Of a DNA stretch of 32,000 bases, positions 20,361 to 29,817 are shown in pieces. The DNA is from Amoeboradix gromovi X-113 (Eukaryota > Fungi > Sanchytriomycota). The translations under genes and the position numbers were made by a program. The DNA is taken from the NCBI GenBank assembly GCA_018985225.1, contig JADGIF010000021.1, forward strand, positions 6,365-38,364. The letters run 5' to 3'. Position 1 is the stretch's first letter; the number at the start of each line of letters is the position of its first letter. The notes under the pieces are model-generated. The model worked only from the letters and a program-made list of their open reading frames with translations. It did not search any database and was not told the origin of the DNA.

Positions 20361-20844
20361 TTATGAGTCATAGAATTGTCCAACATGACAAAATCTACAC
20401 GTGTTGTAAGAATTATGACCAATCAAAATTCAACACAAATAACCTACAAGGAGTTTTTAAATCACTGCAGCGTTTGAGACAAGCAGTAAGAAACTAACCT
20501 CATTCCGTTGAATAGAGGTTTTGATTGATGCAGATAATGGTGTCACTAAGGGATCGTTACACCAAAGCTCATATCTTGCCATTCAGCTTTCTTGTTAGTT
20601 CTGCAATAACTTTTTACAACTTGTTCGATTTTTGGGTCTTTCATAAAGAATAGGAACATCAATGTTCGTAAGGTGTTTCGATGGTATTCGATTGTAAATT
20701 AACTATTTTGAGTATCTCGCTCTCAAGACACGATGCCTATTAACTAGTCTGTTTCTAGTTCTATTTAACAAAAAGTATTTGTTCACAAATTGTTTGAGTA
20801 CCGATGAGGTCAAAAATGTCATTTGATGTCCCATTTATTAAATT

Positions 20845-21861
20845 CTAAATAGCTTTCAAGCGACTTAAGTACGTTTGCAATTTTAGTATTTTACCAGCCA
20901 AGGGACTTTTAGAATCGATTTGTACTGACGAGTCCTTTTGTGAATCATTATTAGATGATAAAGGTGCACGAGAATGCGAACGAGATCGCGACAATCTATC
21001 CCACCAGGGAACTGCTCTACCGCTTGATTCTGATGATTTTCCTGAGAATTTTGAGTAGACATCGCTTGAATACCCGTGTCTTAGTTTTACACTTTTCGAA
21101 TCTTCCCGGTTTAAGAATCTTTGTCGCAACATATAGGCTTTATTTTGACGAGGCATGGCGATCGAAGAGGTGGATCGGCTGTTTCCTCTTCTTTTAGCTT
21201 TTTTCTCTAGTCTCTTATTTGAGATAACAACTGTCAACTCCTCGATTTCTTTTTTTCTATCATGCAAATCACTCTTCTGTTTCTTGAGCTTAGCGTCCTT
21301 TGCTTCAGTTTCTTTCCAATAATTTTCAAACAATGCTAGATTTAATAACTGTAACCTTTTTGCTTCTTTCTTTCCTAATTCCAAGTCTCCACTTGTTATA
21401 TGTGTTATTAGTAGACTGGATATATCTCGTATCTCCAATTGCAAATCCTTCATATTTGCGGGAATTTCAGTTTTAATTGCATTTCGTATGTCAAAATCTA
21501 CTCTAATTAATGGCAAAGGATAGTAAACCTTTTTGTGGTTATTTACAAAAACTAAGAAGATTTTGTCTTCGTTCTCAACTTGTTGTGTATCCAAAGACCG
21601 CAATGATTTGCCTCCAATTAACTTGTATTTATCTTCTTCCTTGATAATGTAGAGTGCCTCCCTGTTTAGTTGCGTTAACTCTATCATTCCATTGAACTCA
21701 TCCAAGTCCATCCACTCGCCACACTTTGCACTCATCTTTTGTATGAACCCATTGGAGAATCTATTAGACCACTCTCTACCATTAATCTCTATTTTTATAT
21801 CAATCAGCTCTTCAATTATCACTGCTGTCATAAACACATTTTTGTGAATTTGAAATCTCAT
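20845..21861 (-). CDS. CCDC61/VFL3-like basal-body protein (SAS-6-like head, coiled coil, basic tail)
   Basis: EWSNRFSNGFIQKMSAKCGEW..LDEFNGMIE and KIFLVF...KVYYPLPL align with the CCDC61 head (QWRGEF..FIEDLTHKTGNF...FCHMLE; KRYLIL...RIHYPLPL). These are followed by a coiled coil and an S/R-rich tail. Confidence 0.7.
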   Translation of the reverse strand: MRFQIHKNVFMTAVIIEELIDIKIEINGREWSNRFSNGFIQKMSAKCGEWMDLDEFNGMIELTQLNREALYIIKEEDKYKLIGGKSLRSLDTQQVENEDKIFLVFVNNHKKVYYPLPLIRVDFDIRNAIKTEIPANMKDLQLEIRDISSLLITHITSGDLELGKKEAKRLQLLNLALFENYWKETEAKDAKLKKQKSDLHDRKKEIEELTVVISNKRLEKKAKRRGNSRSTSSIAMPRQNKAYMLRQRFLNREDSKSVKLRHGYSSDVYSKFSGKSSESSGRAVPWWDRLSRSRSHSRAPLSSNNDSQKDSSVQIDSKSPLAGKILKLQTYLSRLKAI

Positions 21862-21882
21862 TGGCCTTGTAAAATTTAAAAG

Positions 21883-23500
21883 TTAATTATTTTTTATTGT
21901 CAAGTTTAGTTGCTTTTCCATTTCTTCTATACTCACCAACCCATCTTTATCAAGATCAAATTTATCAATTAATATTTCAGCATCGTTATCTTCTACAGGG
22001 TGTCTTATTGTCTTCAAAGCTACCCTCAAGTCATCAATAGTAATTTGCCCTTTAGGGTTAGGCTTTACCAAGTTCAATGATGATCCTACCTGTGAGTCTA
22101 ACTGAGTTATCTCCTCACTTATTTTATCAATTAAGCTATTAATTGGTGTCTCTTTTGTCTCTTTATTCTCTACAATGTCTTGTAGGAGCTGCTTTTCTTC
22201 CTCTACAATACTTACATTCATCATTACACGTAATACCGAGGCCAATTCATTTTTTTGATCCACGGTCAATTCACCCTAAATAAGATTAAATTACCTGTGC
22301 TGCGCTTTCCTTTTCCACTTGTTTCTTTAGCTCATCTTGCTGTCTAGCCTCCTTTTCTTTTTCGATTTCTACCATCTCCTCCTGAACTGCTGCTAAAATT
22401 ACGTCCTTCTCGCCTCGCCCTCGAGCCATGTCTAGCATTGTTTCTTTTATCACAGTATCTGGCAGAGATTTTAAAGTATCCTTTAAGACATTCAATGTTT
22501 CTTCTGATAGCCCAGAAGCGTTTATACTTTGTTCAACTGTTTTGTTGGAGTCCTTGAATTGCATATCTACCATTAAAATGCGACTTAGGACGAGTAGAAT
22601 GTTTGGCACATTGTAAACACCAGATAGTTCAACCCACTGTTTTAATTCTAATCTCATTCTACGCGGTGAAGAAACCGGGATACCTCGTTCTTTGCAAAGA
22701 GTCTGCAGCTCGTGTATTGGGATATCTGAAATAACAGGCATTAAAGAAGCTGGGGACTCTGGAACATCAGAACTTGGAGTAGATGCAGGTTGATCAATTC
22801 TAATCGCATCTTGAAGAATTAGCCCATCTTCAAGTCTAATCTTGTTAATATGTCTAGCAACATTCCTACGAATCATATCGTTGGTACCAATACCTGGAAT
22901 GGTAAAATATCTACAAATACTAATCAGCTGTTGGCGACTTAAATGGTCCAAAGTGACATTATCCTTGAATTTCTGACATAACTTTAATAAATCAGGAGTA
23001 GCCACAATAGCAGATTCATCTTGCTGCGATTTAGGCTGCATATTATTTAATAAATTAACAAACGTACCCAACTCACCTTTGTCTTTCTCTTCCAGAGTTT
23101 CTCTCAAAAAACTAGCGACTTTAAGACGGACACCAAGTAGCTTTTTTCTGTTTTCCTGTTCTTTGAATTCGTCCCTAAAGGTAGAAGGCAGAAAATTCGG
23201 AAATATTTTTATCACAACAGGCAATAAAAACTCCATAAATGGAACAATTAGGAAGACAGAAAACGGTACGATCCTAAGTAGATCGCTAGTAGTTCTTTTC
23301 AGTTGTCTGTGCTCTCTGTGAGTTAAAGGTTGACCGCTTAGAGTTTGTCGCAAAAGTCTGGATGATATTTTGGTTTCTGCAACTAGAAGTTTGGATCCGG
23401 TCCAGAAATGATTTGCTTCGTGCTTAACCCGCTGCCATATTGTGGGATTTACAGCTGGCTTGATGTTAAACCGAATGGCAGTACTTCCCAATCGAAACAT
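21883..23500 (-). CDS. LETM1: LETM1/Mdm38 mitochondrial inner-membrane protein with C-terminal EF-hand; 2 exons (23500-22295, 22275-21883)
   Basis: WQRVKHEANHFWTGSKLL, LKRTTSDLLRIVPFSVFLIVPFMEFLLPVVIKIFPNFLPSTF; exon 2 carries the EF-hand DLDKDGLVSIEE. The first ATG is at 23500. Confidence 0.93.
22276..22294 (-). other. 19-nt intron in LETM1
   Basis: CAG|GTAATTTAATCTTATTTAG|GGT. Removal joins ORF 22286-23515 in frame with ORF 21883-22269. Confidence 0.88.
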
Positions 23501-23554
23501 TCTAGCTCCTAGCAATATTAATCAAAAGGAGTAACTGCCGTAACTTGTTGCAAA

Positions 23555-24074
23555 ATGTCATTATTCCAACAAGATTTGATTTCTAAAGATATCGCAATGC
23601 CAGAGGGATATGTAATACGCCCATTGCATCTCGAGGATTTTCACAAAGGATTCTTGGATTGTTTAAAAGGTTTAACAATGGTTGGAAATGTCACTTTTGA
23701 TGAGTTCACTTTCAGATTTAGAGAACTGAATCACGATTACTATATCGTCGTTATTGAAGACCTAAATAATCGCAGAATTGTTGGTGCTGGTACTATGATG
23801 GTTGAAATGAAATTTATTCGACACTGTGGAAAAGTTGGACACATTGAAGATATCGTAGTGGATGAAAGCCAACGTGGTAAAAGGTTCGGTTTAAAGATTA
23901 TTGAGCAGCTAAAACATTTAGCTGTCAATTCCGGTTGCTATAAAGTATTTTCGTTTAATCTAGGTTATTTTGGATTGCGCTGAGCACAATTTGACGTTCT
24001 ATGAGAAGTGCGGATTAAAAAAGAAAGAAGTTCAGATGGTTTTGTATTTTCCTCAGAACGAGCCTAAAAGTTAG
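23555..24074 (+). CDS. GNA1: Glucosamine-6-phosphate N-acetyltransferase; 2 exons (23555-23944, 23964-24074), 166 aa
   Basis: IRPL..DFHKGF, EMKFIRHCGKVGHIEDIVV, QRGKRFG, and after splicing GCYK|VILDCAEHNLTFYEKCG. Confidence 0.96.
23945..23963 (+). other. 19-nt intron in GNA1
   Basis: GTATTTTCGTTTAATCTAG. Removal restores the highly conserved GCYKVILDC...FYEKCG motif. Confidence 0.93.
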
Positions 24075-24314
24075 AAATTAGTAAATCTTCTCTATAACTC
24101 CAAACAGTTAAAGATTTGCTAGCAGAAGGCTGTGAAAAGCCACAATATGTATCTTTGGAGTGTGAGCCATATAAATCTACGGGTGTATCACAAGGGATGC
24201 GCTCCACAAAACTAGGCAAACCCGCTCAAATAAACATCTCAAAAAGGGTGAAGTTGTCTCAGACTCCCATGAGATTTTCTTGTGCTTTATCTTAGCATAC
24301 CTAACTAAAGTAGC

Positions 24315-24803
24315 ATGGATAAAATGGACAGCACTCCATTAGAATCAATTCAGCAGCTTCAATCCCGATATGATAGCATGGCTGAAGAGCATGCTAAATG
24401 CAACGCAACGATACACAAGTACGAACTAGAGTTGAAGAAAATTCAGGCAGAGTTAGAAGAAATAAGCAGCTCAAAGGATTCCGAGCTAAAGCAGTCACAG
24501 GATCAAATAGCAGAAGCGCAAATAAGGTTGATGAACATGGAAAAGCTGAGCAAGGATGAGAGCAGCTCCAAACTGAAATTGGAGCAAGATCTAGAAGAAA
24601 TGAACAAGAAATACACTGACACTCTGGAAGGATTAAGTAGCGAGGTGGAGATAAAGCAGAGAATGATAATGAAGCTAGAGATGGACAAGAGTGTTCTGGA
24701 TCAGGAGAATAAGAAGATAACCGGTGAGTTGAATATGCTCGAGGAACAGTTGGATGACATACTGCAACGAAACATGGAGCTGCAAATGAAGTTGGCTGGT
24801 TGA
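24315..24803 (+). CDS. Coiled-coil protein, 162 aa (may extend 5' to ATG 24197 through a 19-nt GC-AG intron)
   Basis: Continuous E/K/Q/L heptads. Its size and MDK start resemble fungal tropomyosin, but the similarity is weak. Confidence 0.7.
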   Translation: MDKMDSTPLESIQQLQSRYDSMAEEHAKCNATIHKYELELKKIQAELEEISSSKDSELKQSQDQIAEAQIRLMNMEKLSKDESSSKLKLEQDLEEMNKKYTDTLEGLSSEVEIKQRMIMKLEMDKSVLDQENKKITGELNMLEEQLDDILQRNMELQMKLAG

Positions 24804-26298
24804 CTAAAAGGCGCATAGGCCCAGCAATCGAGTTTTGAATAAAGGGTTCTTGTTACGTGGAAGCTGCTCTTTGCCGCATTTCAACAGACTATGCAATACA
24901 TTGGAATCATAAACGATCAAGGTCAGTGGGCTTTATAAAATGAATGCTTAAAAAGGAAACTAGCGATCAACTGGGTTACCGTGAGTAGAGCTTTGTAATA
25001 GTACAGGACGCTTCATGTTATTCCTATTATTAGATGTTGTAAAACCAGCAAGATATCTTTTCGATGAGTCTGGCAGTAGACTTAAATAGTTACTGCTGAA
25101 TTTCCGCCATTTCAGAAACTCCTGAGGCACTGAAAGAGAAACGCAGTCGTTTCGCTGCAAAATTAATTCGATTAAGGAACGTAGCATCATTATTTCTTAT
25201 GATAGAGTAAAATGAAGATCGAATGTATTCCTAAGTTAAGGCTCTGACTATACCACTAGATAATCATGGCTGGTGGATTAAGCTGCACTGCGTCAAGGCT
25301 CACTGATTTCGTCATCCATATTTAAGAATGCTAAAAGAAGAGTAAATAAATGGCCTGTATCCAATCTGCTCTACTTTTGCTGCTTCCGGCTCGAATACAG
25401 GCAGGTATTCTATAACTTGTAAGCTCATAGACATTATCATGGACACAGTGCGCCTAATGCGCTGCATTTGTGTATTGAGGTCTGAATCCATGTTATAGCT
25501 GTGTTCAAATAGTTGAGAGACTACATTGGCAAAGAAGTGCGACCGGTGGCAAGTTGTGACCTGAATTACATGTGGTAGAGTACGTGGCATTTCTGCCTCA
25601 CTAGAACTACTTGACGTTTGCTTGAGATACTCTGCATACTTTTTGCAGCGTCTCCATCAAACCGTGCTCATTCGCAGCCTTTCAAGCAGATTCTATGCTT
25701 GTGATAGTAAAACAGATCAATGTCCAGGGCCATTAAGACGCTGCCACCCATTTGTACTGCTCTAAGATGAGCCGGTTGCAGGGCACGGGAAGATGTTTGG
25801 AACAATGCGAACCACCAGTGGCTGTTCTGGTGGCTGCTGGGCAGGTGTTAATCGAGATTGCATAAATGTCGCGCTTGCCTCCATCAAACTTATGGAATTA
25901 CAAAAAATAATAAGCTTTAGTGGTAAAACAGTGAGGATCCGAAGCAGCGATACAGCATATACCATCAGGTTGAAGTACGGCAAGAGGATACCGCGGTATC
26001 GAGCACTGGACCCGGTCTAAGACTTACGCTACCTGGTGCTGCTCAGGAGAGCTGCTTTAATAAATCTCAATAAACTGTTTATGTCATGGCATCTATTTTC
26101 CCGCATGTTCCAGGGTACCTTGTGCGACCGCTCGCCAATGTTCTGGATGGAATGGGCTGACTTGCCAGCTTTATTGCTCGATGTGCCGCGGTGCTCCTTG
26201 AACGAGGGAAGGCTGAAAGCATCGGTGTCACTTCAAAGAGTGCAGATAGAGCAACATAAATTTTATTACGCATACGATTCATACCCCAGAGGTATTCT

Positions 26299-29200
26299 CT
26301 ACTCGTCCTTGTATCTAAAATGCAACGATTTTATGTCTTCAAATGTTATGGGCTTAATAAGTGTCTCTATAAATAGCGGACTTACTTCCTCTGCATCATA
26401 TGGTGATGCCATTATTATCAAGTCCGCACTCATACTGTTATTCTTAACGCATTTGACTATGCTTGCTATCAAATTTGCACTTACTAAGTTAGCTACATGT
26501 ACCATTTACTAAATCTATTCCCAACAGAATATGACTAAATATCGGTCCATCTAATATCTGACGTATCCCGCTGCTCTCTTCAATACACAACGTGCTCTTT
26601 AGACCCATTCTTGTGTACAATGCACCTAGTATCCGTAATGTTATGGGGTTGTTATCTATAATCAGCACATGTTCCAGCTTGTGCTCTACCAAGACGCTCT
26701 CTCTCAATCTGCTAGGTCTTCTCATTTGAGGTTGTGTAATATCCAGTCTACTTTCAAATTCACTTATTGGTGAAGTGTTTCTGCTTAGACTGGATCTGTT
26801 TGCTCTTGACGGTTGGCCTTGTTTGATTTTCAGTATAGTTCGCTCATTTTGCTTCTCTAAAAGTGTCAAATTCTTGTAAATGAAACTTCCAAAATCACTG
26901 GGAGTAGTACTCTCCAGCTGTTGCTGCACATCGCTTACTGAGCTGTTGTTAGTGTCGTCATCTAACTCCTCATCCTCAACACTAAACATGTCTAAATCTA
27001 AATCCACTCCTCTTCCGTCAAAATAGCTAACATCTGTGGCTGCTAGTTGTGGTACAAATGGTCCGTTATCGTCTAACAAGTGATCCCATTGTAAATTCTT
27101 GTAAAAACTGTGCTCTTTTAGCAAATGACCCAACCTTTCCTCTGGTGCCCAAGTGAGTAGTTTATTTATTAAATCGTGTAAATCTTTATTTATTAGTTCA
27201 TCAAACTCATACTGGTTGTTTAATATGTTTTCAAATATTTTCTCTACTGTTGGTGCATTAAAGGGGGGTGTACCATAATTAAATTCATAAATTATACATC
27301 CTAAACTCCACCAGTCTCCCATTTCATCGTCAAATTGTACACCCATCAATGCTTCAGGACTTATATAATCAGGAGTTCCTATTATACCCCTAACACCTCC
27401 TCCACTAGCGCTAATACTAGTATTCAAACTGTTGTTACTCAGTCTACCACTAAGTATTGGACTATCTATTAATGACCTTCTTTTATCGCTTGAACTTGTT
27501 ATCGAACTCCGTCTACTGTGACTCGCTAAGACGTTGTTAAATAAATTGGAGTCTCTCCTACTAGGACTTATAGGGCTACACAACAGGTCCATGGGCATAT
27601 TTTCAGATATGTTTGGCGTTGTATTCAAACTGATTGGTGTAGGCGTTAACGGATTTGGAGTTAATGGCACATCGATCCTACTTAATCCAAAATCAGTCAG
27701 TTTCACATGGCCTCTGCTGTCAATAAGAATATTATCAGGTTTTAGATCATGGTGAACTATGTGGTTATTATGTAAATACTCTAATCCCATGCTAATCTCA
27801 GCACTATATATTCTTATCCATTCAATGGGCAAGATGCTAATCTGCTTCAGTAAAGCAGCCAAGTCTCCACCAGGCAGATATTCCATACAGAAATAAAGAT
27901 ATTTAGTATTTTGAAAACTATAGTACAGCTTCGCAATAAACGGACTGTTAAATTGAGCCATTAATATCATTCTCTCACTTTTTATGTTGTTTACTTGATT
28001 TCTGTTAATCATGTCCATCTTGTTTAGTATTTTGATGGCGTACAGGTCGGATTGTTTACTAGCTAGCACGACACAGCCATAAGCACCTCTGCTTATCGGT
28101 TTAATAATTTTAAAATCCTTAATCGAGGGTGGATTTACCACTCCATTTACGTGAGATTGGGACATTTGTTTGTTTAGAACCGGATTAGAGGGTGGAGTAG
28201 TAATTATATTAGGTGGCTTCTTCTTTTTTAAGCGGTTTAAGCTAGGCTGTGAGTTATTAGGACTTCTGTTAACATTGCTATGCATTGAATTAGTAACTAC
28301 GCTGAATTTTGACTGCAGCTGATAAATATCAAATCTACGCTGAATGCACAAGCGTATTAGATCCATTTTCATTTCTAGCAAACCTTTAATGGACGTGCTT
28401 AGTTCATACACATCTTGGAATTCTTTAAATTTACTAAATTCAGAAGAAATGAAATCCTTGATTTTTGAGGGACAATAAATATAGACAACCTGAGATGATA
28501 GAGAATGTTGTGAAGAGGATAAACTGGGTTGTGAATCATAAGAAAGTTCAATTTTAAGCGCATCCAAAGGCAACTTTACGTCATGAGGAATTTCTAGTTT
28601 CTTAGATAACTGGATGATTAACAGTAAATATTCACAAGCTTCAATATATTTGTTCATTTTAGGATTAAGTCCTAACGGGTCCATGCTATTTTGTTCCAAC
28701 ACCTTTATAGAGTGATAAAATTCTTTAATTTCTTCATCACATAGCTGCAGGTCCATTGAAGCTCGCTGTTCACTGCTGCACATCTTGTCATGATCTTCAA
28801 AGAATGCTATGGGTATAGATAGGTCACATAAATGACACAATGCATTCTCGTAATGATTGGCATCTTGCTGTTGCAGAAAAATTAACAAAATAGAATTTTT
28901 CGATTGTTGGGCCAGGCACATCAGATTTATAGTTTTATAAAAGTCTAATATCTTAACCTTACAAGAAAGAACGTTGAAATTTTGATTGGAGATTGAGTTG
29001 GAAAGGAAACTGGAAACCTTTTCAAAGTCTTGAAATATGTTTTTTAACGTGCCTTGAACGCAATCGCTAAATACAATACTCCAGTCATGTTCGGAGTTAT
29101 CAGAGTGATAGAAGTCTAATTTGGAGCTACAGGCAGCAATACCAATCACTCTACCATTTTTAGGTAAAAAATGATCTCTAGGAGGAATATCGTCATTTAG

Positions 29201-29551
29201 AAAACCAGACACACCATTAAAAGTATTCTTGTAGATCACAATACGCTTGCACTCTACTTTCGGAACATTTTGGGACTGCCTGGAAATATTGGCTAACGCT
29301 GTGGTTAATTTAAAAACTTTAGATTTCAAAGGCCATTCATTTAGTCGCCATTTATCAAAAAGTTGCATTAGCTTTTTGGCTTCTTCTACTGCTATACTGG
29401 AAATACGATTCGTAGAAGTGCTTAAAACTTGGTATGCAACATCTGCGACACTCATATGCATATCATCAATTTGTAGGGATTCAAATGCACTCAATAAATC
29501 CATAGCTGCTGCATCTAGCTTTATTTTTTCTTTTCTAAATTCAGTAGTCAT
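26299..29551 (-). CDS. RIM15: Rim15/Cek1 (Greatwall-family) AGC kinase with C2HC finger, kinase insert and C-terminal REC-like domain; 2 exons (29551-26503, 26483-26299)
   Basis: CHLCD...FEDHDKMC, PPSIKDFKIIKPISRGAYG, NQVNNIKSER, HHDLKPDN, LTDFGLSR, an S/P-rich insert, GTPDYISPE, DFGSFIYKNL..LEKQN, VLIIDNNP and LIKPIT in exon 2. Confidence 0.92.
26484..26502 (-). other. 19-nt intron in RIM15 with a canonical GCTAAC branch site
   Basis: GTACATGTAGCTAACTTAG. This phase-1 intron, when removed, completes the REC-like domain (NVSANLIA...LIKPIT). Confidence 0.88.
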
Positions 29552-29817
29552 TTTAGCCAAGAAAAAGCACCAGTTAAATTATGTTTCAGTTTACTTAAAT
29601 AGGAAAATTAAAAATATATTTCCGCAGGGAATCTACTACGAGCTTTTAATTATGGAAAAAATTTGAAGAGCAATTTTCCAACAATGTGTTTTAAACTTCT
29701 TCTAGTAGTACTGTATTTCAATCCTTGTAGCAAATTTTTACCACAAAAGTCCTTGAGACATCAATTAAAGTAAATAATAATTATATCATAGTTTATTAAT
29801 TGAGCCGATGTTAACAT

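Noticed and set aside
20361-20844. Small minus-strand ORFs (43 aa and 32 aa) or a snoRNA upstream of uL13
   Set aside because: No recognisable motifs, no fitting intron and no convincing C/D or H/ACA boxes.
24315-24803. Tropomyosin assignment
   Set aside because: Size and MDK start fit, but there is an early proline, sequence similarity is weak and a 5' extension is possible, so it is left as a generic coiled coil.
5826-26505. Split ORFs read as pseudogenes or programmed frameshifts
   Set aside because: Each break has GT...AG ends, the same length class and a shared branch motif, and excision restores the frame and protein motifs exactly.
26036-26512. 158-aa plus-strand ORF and other short antisense or nested ORFs in the track
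   Set aside because: They are shadow frames of real genes (this one overlaps RIM15 exon 2), often with non-ATG starts and no motifs.
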